Part shown: positions 43,159-57,027 of the stretch, in pieces | Layout: every line of letters starts with the position of its first letter | How positions within the stretch are numbered: position 1 is the stretch's first letter | NCBI GenBank assembly: GCA_012295275.1 | Contig: CM022668.1 | Span: 2,914,001-2,978,000 of the forward strand | Length of the DNA stretch: 64,000 nt | Source: Chrysomallon squamiferum | Taxonomy: Eukaryota; Animalia; Mollusca | Direction: 5' to 3' | Notes under the pieces: model-generated | The model's database searches: none | What the model saw: the letters and a program-made list of their open reading frames with translations, nothing else | Told to the model about the DNA's origin: nothing | Translations under genes and position numbers: made by a program

Positions 43159-44385
43159 ATACTATTTTCTGTTCAACTAGTCATACCTACTCTGCATCAA
43201 TCTGCAAATGCTTCATAAGCAATTTTTTATTTTTTTATTTTCTTTTTTAGTCCCAAAATATTTTTTTTTTTAAATAAATGGTGATATGATGAGACCATTA
43301 TTTAGGTAAAAGCAAAATAATATTTTCCTGTCCACTTGTCTCAGTTTACAGAACAGCACAGCAGATTGGTAAACACAATTCCCTGAGGACAAATAATTCA
43401 CAATTAAGTATGATAGGGAAAAAAATAATATGTCAAAACCACAACCAGCTAATCATAAATTGAATTCTGTTAGCAGTAACCAAGGGTAACGAAATGTTTG
43501 AGATAAATATGAAGAGAAGGTTTGTTTTGATATTGTTTTTGTATGTGTCATTTATGTGTATTGAACTATAAACATTTAGGCTAAAACATACGTGTGTGTG
43601 TGTGTTTGTGTGTGTGCACAAAAGCAGATAAATTTTAAAAATTGCAAGTTACAAGACAAAATTGTTCAGATAATCACGTACATTTGTTCACAAAATTACA
43701 GACTTACATACAGACACACAGACACACATGCAATGCCTATAATACATACTTACATCCTATATACATACATTATAAGTACAGTATCAATATACAGGACAAC
43801 ACATACCATAACATTTTTACCAATATGAAGAACTTTGTTTTATTTTTAAATAAACATCAAAACACAAAAATGAATAAATAAAATAATAGTACATATGCCA
43901 TAACAAAATACACCTTTTTATCAGCATAATCTAAATCTATTAACATATTTTTTTTTGCGTTTTTTTTGCCCTATGGCTAAAAGTCCTATCATATTTTGAA
44001 GCCTGTAAAGGGCCCACGATGATGTTTGGTAAACAACTAGTGAGAAGTAATGAGAGAGAGGCTCTATTTAATCAACAGGTCCACACTGCCTGCTGTCTCT
44101 GTCAGAAGTTGTTCTCAGTGTGAGGCACTAAGTGGGTGCTTGAAATAGAAAAACCACATTTTTAGATTTTTAGGGTTTTTTTGTTTTTACTTTTGTTTTT
44201 GGTGTGTGTGTGTGTGCATGTGTGTGTGTACATGAAAGCATACAAAGAAAAAGTGAAAATGACAGTTTAATTATGCAAGTTTGGACATTATGGCATAATT
44301 AATATCCATGTAATGAATTTTATGTAAAATTAAAAATATTTAGAATATAAAATTATCAGATTCTTTTGCAGTTTGGGCTGTTATT

Positions 44386-44445
<60 letters not shown>

Positions 44446-45077
44446 TTGAAACCATTTTCTGTTCCCACAACCAAATTCCGTTTTCGTGTGGTGAAAAATA
44501 AAAACATATGAAAGGTTTTTGCCAACAAAAGTTGTCGCAAGATGAGAATAAAGACAAGCGACAATTAATTCGTAATTTCCTTCACATGTGATTGTCATTT
44601 CAAAGTGCCAGCGTTTGTGCTGCTGGGAGACATTCGATAGGATTGTCTGCGAGGATATTACTAGAAATCTGGAATGAATCTGCAATCATTCCTGCAACAT
44701 AATTGCATCAAGTGATTCACTTTGTTTGGTAACTAGTAACAAATCTGATTTTTTTCTTCTTCTTCTTCTTCGTTCAATCGATAAATGATTAAGGAGAGCT
44801 GGATAATAGATTGAGGAGAGTAAAAGAGGATGAGAGTGGGAGAGAGGAAGGCGAGTAATGAATAGAGGGGGGATGAGTAGGAGAAACAGAGCGAGGGTGG
44901 GTGTAGGAGGGAGAAGAGAGAGGAGAGATAATGGAAAAGTGTGAGGGAAAGATGGTGAAAGTGAGAAAGAAAACAATGAAAAACAGAAACAGAGAGAGTA
45001 AGAAGAAAGAAAGAAAGGTAGAAGAGAGAAAGACAGAGAAACTGGGAAAAGAAAACCTTAGTGAGAGAATGAAACAC

Positions 45078-45124
<47 letters not shown>

Positions 45125-45629
45125 AAAGATTACCTGTAACAAAGAGCGAAATAACAGAATGACAGATAACAGAAGCAAGAATGCGTGAAAAACAAAACAA
45201 AAGAATAAAAGATAATAACAAAAGTGAAAAAGAAAGTGTGATATACATCCATATTAAAAAAAAAATCAATGGCTATTTATGGAAATGAGAAAGAAAAAAA
45301 AAAAAATCAATTTCAAGATAACAAAATTACTGTAATTTTCATCTGTCATTTCGTTTTCTCTCTGTCATTTCCCTTTTTTTTCTTCAATTCACATAATTTC
45401 TGTAACTTTTAAAATATTTTTGTAACGAGTTTAAAATTATGATTTACATCAAATCTATCTTATGGAAAAATTGCATATGTTTTCTACCAGCATTGATCAA
45501 ACATGTGTTATTTAGAAAACAAATCAGATTTTACATTTAAAAAAAATGTACAAGTTGTTCTGTGTGCCGATAATGACGTATTGAATGTATTATAAGTTTT
45601 TTATTTTTTGTTTCTTCTTGAGCAACTAA

Positions 45630-45714
<85 letters not shown>

Positions 45715-45931
45715 GATGTTGTAATCTTTTAAATTATCTTTTATTATTATATATATTTAAATAATTTAAAAAATTAAAAATAAATAATTAAATACGTAAA
45801 TAAATAAGTAAGTAAATAAATAAATAAATTTATGTTTACAATTCTGATTGTGAAACAGTGATGCGAGCGAATAATTAATGAATAAAATTACTGTAAAACA
45901 CTAATTCATTTTTTTTAATAAACAATATTTT

Positions 45932-46013
<82 letters not shown>

Positions 46014-47154
46014 AAACTACCACAATACTTTATCCCATTAAAATACAAATAACTTCTTACAAGGATATTCAAAACATTTCATTACTACCCAACCAAACAC
46101 CGTAAATTCGATCAGCTGTGACCTCATTCGCAGTTATTTATTCAGAATCACTCAAGCGTGACTTGATAAACAACCATCTTCAACGAGGAAGAAGAAGTAT
46201 TTTAAATCACCTGTATGTAATGATGTATTAAATACCTGGAGATATTTTCTTGTATCACTGCGACATGCATGTTGAATACCTCTGATATATACACATGTAA
46301 ATATAAATATGCTGTGTATCTGTAGGCTAGTGTGAAATATTGTTGTTTAAATTTGTATTCACAGTTGTTTGAATATGCTGTTGCGAAAATTTTGTGCATG
46401 TGTATTTTCTTTCTCTCTGTGTGTACGTGTGTACAGTCATGTGTGTATTTATATATATATAATATAAAAAGAAAGTTACAAACAAAAACTTTAACAATTT
46501 AAAGAATGTCAGTTTACACAGCAGATTTGAACTTTGTACCACCAGCACAGTAAACCAGATCATTTTTCAAATAATTTAATCAAAACAACTGAACCATCAG
46601 TTACACCTGTATTTTACTGCAGGTAAAAAAAATGAAGTCTACATTATTTTTTGACACCTGTAGATAGCCAAATGTGACTACTCAACTTTCTCCTTCTACT
46701 CAAAAACAAAGGTCGGGTCAAAGTTCAGAGCCAGGTCAGGGTCACTGACTCCTGAGAAGTGAAGTGTTTGGTCAGTGATATCTCTCAGAAATGTGAAATT
46801 TTTAAAAGTTTTTCGCTGTCGGTCGTCCTTCATTGGTCATCAGCTTGTCCATCCTCAGGCAAAATACCTGTAACTGAATACCGCAGGTAGAAAAATCAGC
46901 CAGGCGTGACCGCATGCCAAAACAGTAGTAACCCAGTCGATGCACTCCACTGCACACAGGCTGCAGGGCAGAGTTGTCATAAAAATAATAAGTGAAATCA
47001 GTGAGACTGATAACTACAAGTTTGTAATGATGATGAAATAAAATAAAATAAAATGAAATGGAAATGAAAATAAAAAAAAAAATAAATAAAATAAAATAAA
47101 ATAAAATAACAAAAAAAAAACAATTAAAGGAAATAAACAAACAAATTAAATAAA

Positions 47155-47310
47155 TAAATGCAATCTGCTCACAGGATATAAAATGCAGTCTGCTCACAAG
47201 ATATAAAATTCAATTTGCTCACAGGATATAAATGCAATCTGCTCACAGGATATAAAATGCAGTCTGCTCACAGGATATAAAATTCAATTTGCTCACAGGA
47301 TATAAATGCC
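47155..47310. repeat. Minisatellite, ~24-25-bp unit x6
   Basis: aat(g/t)ca(a/g)t(c/t)tgctcaca(g/a)gatataa is repeated six times, with a three-unit higher-order pattern (gcaatct / gcagtct / tcaattt) that occurs twice. Confidence 0.9.
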
Positions 47311-47897
47311 ATATAAAGGAGAAGACAACTAATTCTGTAGTCAATGCACTTTATAATTTCTTAGTGACATGCGCCGCTGTCCTTGATGGCAATTTCAACA
47401 GTAGCACACCTGTATACAGGTGAGAGCAGGTGAGAAAAGGTGTGAAGTTTCAAACAGCTCTTTCTAACACTACCTTTTTTCTGTTTCTTTTTACACCTGT
47501 GTATTTATCTCACCTGTAGAATCTCGCAAAGCAGCTGAGCAGTGTGTGTCAAGGTGACACAAAGACACACATCTCATAAAGTGTGTAATTAACGTGTTAA
47601 CGAGTTTTTTCTAAACACAGGTGCGGTAGGCAGGTGAGAAGGAAGTGAGAACTCTTGTACAGGAAGAACACTTTACTAGCTCGTAAATGTTTGGCCTGGA
47701 AAAAAAAAAACTGTTCATTTATTTTAAATGTGTTTTTAAGTATTTAGTATTTATGATAACAATGATGATGATGATGAATAAATATAATAAATAATAATAA
47801 CATTTAACAATAACAATAACAGTAATAGCATTAATATACTCTCTTTCTCTTTCTATATATATGTACACACACACACACACACGTACTTCTATTTCTA

Positions 47898-47931
<34 letters not shown>

Positions 47932-48923
47932 GTGTGTGTGTACGTGTGTGTGTGTGGGTGTGTACGTGTGTGTGTGTGTGTGTGTGTGTGAGATATAAAC
48001 ACAGGCTGTTACTTATATAAAATCTATGTTTATTCCACACTCTGCTGCTACAAGTAATCAATTTATTTTGTTTTTCCATCTCACTGTGACCAGCACATAC
48101 AACAACACACACACCTGTCTCAGCTGATATCTCAATTATATTCATTTTGAAAAAACACCTTTCCTTGTGTTTTATATCTGACTGTCTGTCTGTGTGTCTG
48201 TCTCTCTTTAACATGGAACACACACACACACACACACACAGACACACATACTCACACACACAGACACACATACTCACACACACACAGACAAACACAACAG
48301 ACACACAGACACACACAATCACACACACAGAGACACACACACACAATCACACACACACAGACAGACACACACACACAGACACACACATACACACACACAC
48401 ACATACATACACACACACACACACACACAAATAACTCAAGCAGGAAACGTCATCAAGGAAGTATACTAAATTTCACACTTAAATTAACATCCATTAATTA
48501 ATTCAAACATTCAAAAATACCTTAACGACTAAACTCTAAAGCAGCTTTTCTTGGTATTATTTAACTTTTTTCTTATTTTTTAAAACTCATTTTTATGAAC
48601 GTTGGATCTCAGTTTAATCACATTTACAAGAATTCTTAAGAACAAATCTTCTTTGATTTTTTCTTAAACATATTAATATCTAAAGAAAAAATACACATTT
48701 GTAAGTCTTATTAACATCTTAAAAAATATATATTTGTGAGTATTAAATATATTAATATGCTAAAAATGTATATATTTGTAAGACCCTAAATGCATTTATT
48801 TAAAATAATTATATATATATTTTTTAAGTTTTAAATATATTATTATCTTTTATATATATTTATGGGAGAATTTATTTATTTATTTTTTTTTTTTTTGTAT
48901 ATAACTGTATTGGAGATGTTTTT

Positions 48924-48974
<51 letters not shown>

Positions 48975-49444
48975 TTATCTTTTCTTTTTTAAATTCTTAA
49001 TTTTTTTTTAAATGGTGGGTTCACGCTAGTTTAATAGGATTCCATGTCTTAAATATTTTTTAATCTCAATTATAAAGATTTAGAAATATTCTTACACCAA
49101 GTCCAAACACGATTCCTCCACATTTATCTTCAAGATAACAGAAGACGCTTAAACAAACAAAAGTACACGTGACCTCTGTCTAAATATAACAATACGGTTA
49201 TTTATTTCTTCTGTTCTTTTATCTTCATCTTCTGTGAAAAAGACTTAAACAGCAAATCCACTGTGACTCCTGTGTGTTAAAAACTTGTGTGTATTCACCG
49301 AACGATATTTTTTAATATTAAACACCTGAGTGTGTGGTAAAAATGTTATGTGAAAAAGCAACAAAACTCACAGACACATTAATTATTTGTTGTCAGTCTG
49401 CATTTTAGAGAACAACATCTTGTCTAAGCTAGTATTCTCTGTGT

Positions 49445-49485
<41 letters not shown>

Positions 49486-49689
49486 TGGAGGGGCTTTTAT
49501 TTGTGTAGTATGTGTGTGAGTTAAGTATGTTTGACTAATGACACTTAGTGTATAGTTAGTTTTCACAAACAACACTTAGTGTGTGAATTATTTGGTTTTC
49601 TCATAGAACATTGTTAACTGCACATTTGTGTGTTGTTAATCTGTTAAGTCTACATGTAATTCCTGCTATTACTTTAGCTGTAAAGCCCC

Positions 49690-49743
<54 letters not shown>

Positions 49744-50010
49744 TAAGTGCAATAAACAAAAATACACTTCATGAAAATAAATCATTATTGTTAATAACAG
49801 TGGTGGTATTAGATTAGTAGTATACTAGTTAATGGTAATAATAATTTTTACTAACACTAATAGTAGTAATAGTAATAATAATAATAGTAGCAAGTTGTAG
49901 TAGTACTAGTAGTAGCAGTTGTAGTAATAGCAGTAGTAATAGTAGTAATAGTAGTAATAGTAGTGGTAATAGTAGTAATAGCAATGGTAATAACAGCTGT
50001 AATCATTGTA

Positions 50011-50061
<51 letters not shown>

Positions 50062-51696
50062 TGGTAGTGGTAGTGGTAGTAGTAGATACATGATCCAACA
50101 ATTATTACTGAATTTTAAGTATGTTTTCTTTCTTTTTTTTCCATCTTTTAATTGCTTCATTACATTTGCATTTAATCATTTAATAGTCTACACCGTATCA
50201 GAAATCTACACCTGTAGACAGTCAGGTTGCTTGTGTCTGTTCATCTATCTATCTATCTATCCATCCACATACATAGATGCACACACATAAAACACAATAA
50301 CATTTTTTTTTTTGTATCAAACAGCACGAAGATTATAAATTCATCAGTCGATGAACACACATAGTCTACTGGGACACAACGTTTGCGAGCATCGTGTACA
50401 GCAGCAGAACAATTGACACAAGCCGAAGTGACACACAGCAGCGACGATGTCGCCCGAACGCAATAAATATTTAATGAACGATGTACAATTTACAATTCAT
50501 AGACCAATGAAATTCAGGATCTTCGAGCTTTGCACTTGATCACTTTTTGTGTTATTGGATTTCTTTTTTTTTTTTTTTTTTTTTTTTTGTTGTTGTTGTT
50601 GTTGTTTTTTTTTTTTTTTTTTTTTCTTCTAATAGAATGAAATATGAGGTGTGAGATATTAATTAATATACAGGTGTAAATATTTTATCAATATTTTTAT
50701 GATGAGGTAAGCAGTTAAAGGTAGAATGTGGGACAATGTATAAACTATACATATATATTGATTATTGGTCTTTTATCAGTTTTTACAGTAAAAGGAAAAA
50801 ATTTAATAATTTTAGACAATGCAATGTCACAAGATGGGAATATAATAAAAATAATAATAATGATGATGATGATAATAATAATGATACTAATAATACTACT
50901 AATAATAATGATGATATTGATGATGATGATGATAATAATAATGATACTACTACTAATAATAATACTAATAATAATAATAATGATAATGATGATAATAATA
51001 ATAATGATACTACTACTACTACTTCTACTACTAATAATAATAATAATGATACCAAAATAAAATGATGATAATAATAATATAATAACAGTACCAGTAGTAA
51101 CATTTTTCTCTTGGTGGATTTAGAGGAATGAAAAAAAAAAAAAAAAAATAAAAAATGTAATCTATGTTGTTAATTCATCAGTTAGTTCTAGAATGGGAAA
51201 TAAACGCAAGAGGAAATGAAAGCTCTACACCAGGGCAGATTTTGGGGGGGGGGAACAGGGGTGTTAATCTTGAACAACTGAGAGAATTCCCCTGGGGGCT
51301 AGGAAATGAATGGTGTGCATACTGAAAAAGAATAATCTATAAGCTTATAGCCTAGCTGATAATAATAATAATAAACAACAAATAAAAATTAATAAGTGTG
51401 CAATAAAAAGAATTATTTATTAGGATCTAACCCATACATTTAAACAGGTTTACAAATATATAGATATATATATACATATTTTAATCATTCTATGTCCCCT
51501 GGGTGGGTGCAGGTGGGGAATACTTTCCAGGAAGAAGACAGATATAAAAAAAAAGGTGTATTGTGAGATGCAAGTTTCAGACTTAAATAATTGAATTATT
51601 CATGAAAGCATACATTAGTGACATTAACACACTATGCATTTTTTTTTTTCTTTAAGGAATCTTGGCAAGTGCAGAGAACAAACAAATTTGATAGCG

Positions 51697-51769
<73 letters not shown>

Positions 51770-52157
51770 GAATTTCTTTCTATATTTATCTCTTTCTGTT
51801 TCTTTTTGTTCCTGAGAACAGGGAAACCAAGATCTTCAAACTACAGATTTGAAATTATTACCATATAAAAAATGTTGGCAAAATAAATAAAACCCCCCTC
51901 TATGGGGAATTTATAGTGCACAGACTTGAACATGTTGACATTTATACCTCTGATGGGGGAGGGTATACAGATACTGCTGGATATTTTTTATGGGGGGATA
52001 GTCTCCAGGGACAGGGGAGGGATGGGTAAGATCAATGTGATGCAGTTGATAAGTGCTGAAGTACTTAGACGTTTTATTAAATAAAAATTGGATTTCGGAA
52101 GCATGGTTATTTTCAGTGACTCGTTCATGTAGATATGATTCTTAGTGACTGTACATC

Positions 52158-52254
<97 letters not shown>

Positions 52255-52745
52255 ATTAGAGTGAGAAAGTGACAGAAAGTGAGAGAAAAAAATAGAAAGG
52301 AATGGAAACAGAAAGAGAGAAGAATGGATAAATATTTAGAAGAATGGTTATGAAGGAAGGATGGGAATAAAAAGAAGAGGACGAATTAAGAAACAAAAGA
52401 AGAAGGTGCGCGTGACGTGTACTGTGAATTACAACACTGTTATGTAATACACTGTACGACACAGTAACACATTCATACAACCGAGTTTTTAAATTACGTT
52501 TTGTCTGAAGGAAACTACTATTTTTCGTAAATTTAATAAATTTTCCCCCCATCTTTTTATAAATTATTGTAGTTGAGACAGAAACTATTGTGATATATTA
52601 ATGACAAGACTGTTCAGTTTATATTCTGTACAAGAATATTTTTAAGATGAAAATAAGTTTTAGCTAAACACATTGTGCTTTAAGAAGTAAACAATATATT
52701 TGTATATTGTAAAGATATTAATATAAACCGATTTTAATTTTTAAA

Positions 52746-52876
<131 letters not shown>

Positions 52877-53151
52877 TAAATAATAATAAAAATGAAAGAA
52901 ATTTAAACTTCGTAAATTTTATTCTCGATATCATTTTTTTTTTAAAATAAATTTTGTATTATAGTTATTATTATTCTATTAATAAATATGTCACGAAAAA
53001 AACGTATTACAATTCTGATGACAATCTGCACAATGATTAACAAACATAAGGTCATACAGGATGGGTTTCTGGTTTGTCACTGCATCTCAGTTTTTGCTTT
53101 TAAATGCGCAAAAACGATATTTTACGTTTTAATGTTTAATGCCACTAAATA

Positions 53152-53185
<34 letters not shown>

Positions 53186-53227
53186 TTTAACATACTCATT
53201 TACCGATAATATTAACAGTAACGACAC

Positions 53228-53259
<32 letters not shown>

Positions 53260-53734
53260 TATGCTATCCGCTTGCCTTAGTTATGTTATCGACACCAGAA
53301 ACATTGGGATCGTGTATTTATGACAGGGTGCAGGAATTCCTATTCAACCTGCAGGTTAAAACAGTGACCTATCATCTACTGCGTACAGAGTATGCCAGGT
53401 AAACAACACCTGTAAAATCATACACCCCTTCACCCCAGGTAAACACCCTTAACACACACACACACGTAGCTATGGCGCAATTGCGTCACGTGCCACTTGC
53501 GGTTTCAAAGTCACTAACTTAGATAGTGACACTGTCACAATCCTATAATGAAACGGCATCAACACACCTTCTCTAAATACGATAATTACAATGTGGTCAA
53601 GTTTTACTCGCTTCGGTGACTTTTTTTCCCCTTCCTTGCCCGCCAGGTGAAAACTCCGCTTGACCAAGAAGAACGAAGCGCGCCTTGTCATTTTGTAAAC
53701 AAAAAAAAAAAAAAAAAAAAAAAAATCAACCTAC

Positions 53735-53828
53735 CTTGTTCGTCCGCCAAATTCACCAGTCCTGAGGTAATCCCTATATGAATCCATAGCGATGTGAAAG
53801 ACAACACTAACGCACAGTAAAATGCCAT
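53735..53828 (-). CDS. First coding exon of an unidentified secreted or type-I membrane protein (signal peptide, 31 aa + 1 nt, phase-1 intron follows)
   Basis: Minus strand reads ttcacgccATGgcattttactgtgcgttagtg...gacgaacaag|gtaggttg. The start is in a strong Kozak context (gccATGG), and the 94 nt are open: MAFYCALVLSFTSLWIHIGITSG-LVNLADEQ. There is a hydrophobic core, small residues T-S-G at a plausible cleavage site, then acidic residues. The AAG|gtagg donor is followed by poly(T). The exon lies about 130 nt downstream of promoter motifs and next to the CpG-rich to CpG-poor transition. Confidence 0.75.
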
Positions 53829-54105
53829 GGCGTGAACCAGACACACATACAAATAAAAAATAAAATAAAAAAATTAAACTAACTTTGTTCAACTTTTAAG
53901 CGAGTTCTCCATTACGATAGTTGTATAAAAGTCCGCTCGCTCGCATATCGCTTTGACTAACATAGCCCGGCCGGCACTTCGCGATTCTCTGGCCGTGACG
54001 TCATGCACGGAAGTACGTCACCTGTAATAATTGATTGGAGGAGAGCTGTTTTCAACCCCCCCTCAACGCCGCGGCCTGTCCAATGTAAACAGAAGCACGT
54101 GGTAG
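53829..54105 (-). promoter_or_regulatory. Core promoter and 5' UTR of the minus-strand gene
   Basis: Initiator-like TTAGTC on minus (53960-53955). Palindromic CRE TGACGTCA (53996-54003). ETS core CGGAAGT (54008-54014) abutting half-CRE ACGTCA (54015-54020). CCAAT boxes at 54034-54038 (minus) and 54080-54084 (plus). E-box CACGTG at 54096-54101. CpG-dense, with no TATA box at the expected position. Confidence 0.65.
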
Positions 54106-55472
54106 GTTCGTACAAGCTACTACACTACCAGCAGGGAAAGAACGACAAACACGACAGAAAGAAAACAGTTGGACAGGTCTGCACAGGCTGGAGCCGTTGT
54201 TACTTTCTCACGCATAAACACGTTCGTAGATGGCCGTTCTTAGCGCCGCTAGTGTAGCTAATACAGTCTAATGGATTTTCCTCTTTAACATAACTGTAAC
54301 CAGCAGCCGAGACAGAGTTTGTACACATTCTCGTTAACGTGGGCTCGGTTTTAAAACGGTTAGCACTCTTTCAGTTTCGTTTATTTTAATATATTCCTTT
54401 TTTTTTTTTTTTACTTTTTAAATTTATTTTCTATCTTTCTATATATAATTTTTTTTTTAATGATATTGAATTATTTATCTACTGTTACTACTACTACTAC
54501 TACTACAGTTATTATTATTACTACTACTACTATTACTACAGTTATTATTATTAGTATTACTACTACTACTACTACAACAACTACTACAGTTATTATTATT
54601 ATTACTACTGCTACTACTAGCACAGCTAATACTACAGTTATTATTACTACTACTACTACTACAGTTATTATTATTATTATTTGAAAATAACGCTAAGAAG
54701 TAGCGAAACTAATAGATGTAGTAGTAGCAGCACTACTACTAGTAGTAGAAGTATAACTGGTAGTATAATTAGTAACTGTATAGTAGTAAATACAGTTATA
54801 ATAAAGACAGTGGTGTTAGTAATAAAATCTTGGACATGACCTATTTAAAATGATCCACTTAATGGACATTGTATCAGAATAAAAGTAAAAACGCAATTTT
54901 TTGTTATTTTTTTTAATTAGCTGGTTTGAACTTCAGTGTGGACTGCTGTACTGCAACATTGTAATAGATTAGTGACAGTCACGCGACAGATATATCCATC
55001 ATATCACTTTCACTAGTGACATTATGTTCATTTCAGCACGAGTTAACGACATCGAACACGAACACGACCTCGTTACAGTGTTGGCGGCGGCAACGTCGTT
55101 AAAAAGAAATTGGCTCTGGAGACTCAGTCTGTACATGCTATTTCTCTAAACGATTTACTATTACTATAACGTTTCAAAAATGCTTTTAAATATTTATTTG
55201 TTTACATTTTTATCTATGTTTTATTTTTATTTTTCTGAATAATTTGTTTTTATTAGATTATTAATAACAGAGAATGGGTAATTAAAAAAGGGGCTAGTAT
55301 GATAATAGTAGCAATAGAAATAGATAAATAAATAAATAAAGTATAAAAAACGTTTACTGACTAACTATGGATACATAGTAATTTGAATAATACGTGCAGA
55401 ATATGTGATTAATTGATTTTCTAATTGACTGAGTTATTGATTATTTTTAATTTTAATTTAATTAGTGCATAT

Positions 55473-55533
<61 letters not shown>

Positions 55534-55987
55534 GTATGTTTAAAATATTTATCATACGTTTGTATTTACTTCACAAACACACACACACACACACACAAAC
55601 ACAGAGACACATATATATTAAAACAACTACAACAACGACAAATACTAACACAAGTGCATCTACCAGAGTTACAGAGTAGAAATTTCTATTTAAATGGTTG
55701 AATAAATTCTGAATGAAGTATAATACAGTAATAACAATAATAATAGCAGCAAGGACGCAACACAATGTAAAACATAATAATAATAGCAGACGTCACGTGA
55801 ACAGGCTAGCTTACGTCAGAGTGCAGATCATGAACTTTGAACTTTCAAAAACACGATTAAACAAATTAATAAATTACCGAGAATACTTTACAAAAATTCA
55901 GAAATTTTCCATGGAATATTTCAATTTTTTTTTTTTTTTTTTTTTACAAAGTGGAAATTTTAGAAATGTTCTGTTTTTAATCTCAAA

Positions 55988-56076
<89 letters not shown>

Positions 56077-56627
56077 TTATTCTGCAATCACTATAGACAC
56101 TGGCAACATCCGATGACTCGATAAATTACTTGTTATTTACATTTGCTAAATAAATCGTTGTTATTTAAGAACTATTTTGTTTTGATGTATGGTTTTTGTG
56201 GGCGGAAATGAGTGCAGCGCGTGAAATTACCACTCCCGACAGCGGTGAATTGCGAAATAAAACAGTGAATTTAATTTTTTTATTATTTAATTTACAAGAA
56301 AATAAAATAAATTACTGGACGTGAGACTTCTCCTGCTCGGGTCGAATATCGAATTTTGAACACTGCAGAGCCTCGCTGTAATCGGCATTTTAACCTTCGC
56401 TGGACAAAGCTTGTGTCTTCAGACATCAAACAGCTTTTAAAAATGTGTTATTTGTGTTTTTATTTTTGTTGTTTTATTTGTGTTTATATTGCATAAAGTT
56501 AAAAAAAATAAAATAAAAATAAAATAAAAAAAAAAAATAAATAAAGAAAGAAAGAAGAAGACGAAATACTATGACTGGTTTATTCTGTGAAAACGAGTCA
56601 TGCGTTTTCAAAGTCTTTTACCAACCT

Positions 56628-56705
56628 GAATCTCTCTGAGTCTACTCAGTTAGACAGTTGTAGATGAATCTCTCTGAGTCTACTCAGTTAGACAGTGGTA
56701 GATGA
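56628..56705. repeat. Recent ~38-bp tandem duplication
   Basis: gaatctctctgagtctactcagttagacagt(t/g)gtagat occurs twice with one mismatch. Confidence 0.9.
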
Positions 56706-56932
56706 AAGGTGACTTTGTTGGCTACTTCAAGGGAATCTGTGAGACACAGAAACACAGCGCTGTAAAATAATTTCTGATAAAACCCGATTCACTCATTGTT
56801 CATTCTCCTTCATTCTCCTTCTTCTTCTTCTTCTCCTTCTTCTTCTTCTTCTTTATTTTACTATTATTATTTTTTTAACCAATCTTTATAGTAATAATAA
56901 TGACAACAACAACAGCAACAACAACAACAACA

Positions 56933-56976
<44 letters not shown>

Positions 56977-56995
56977 TATTATTATTATTATTCTT

Positions 56996-57027
<32 letters not shown>

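Noticed and set aside
50736-51065. Asn/Asp/Thr-rich ORF as a biomineralisation-type protein
   Set aside because: It is a degenerate (AAT)/(GAT)/(ACT) microsatellite like many others here, with no true ATG context or splice support.
51225-52030. G-rich MITE-like ends (caccagggcagatt-Gn) and the SINE-tail-like segment at 60375-60500
   Set aside because: Too decayed to define termini or a family by eye; a repeat-library search is needed.
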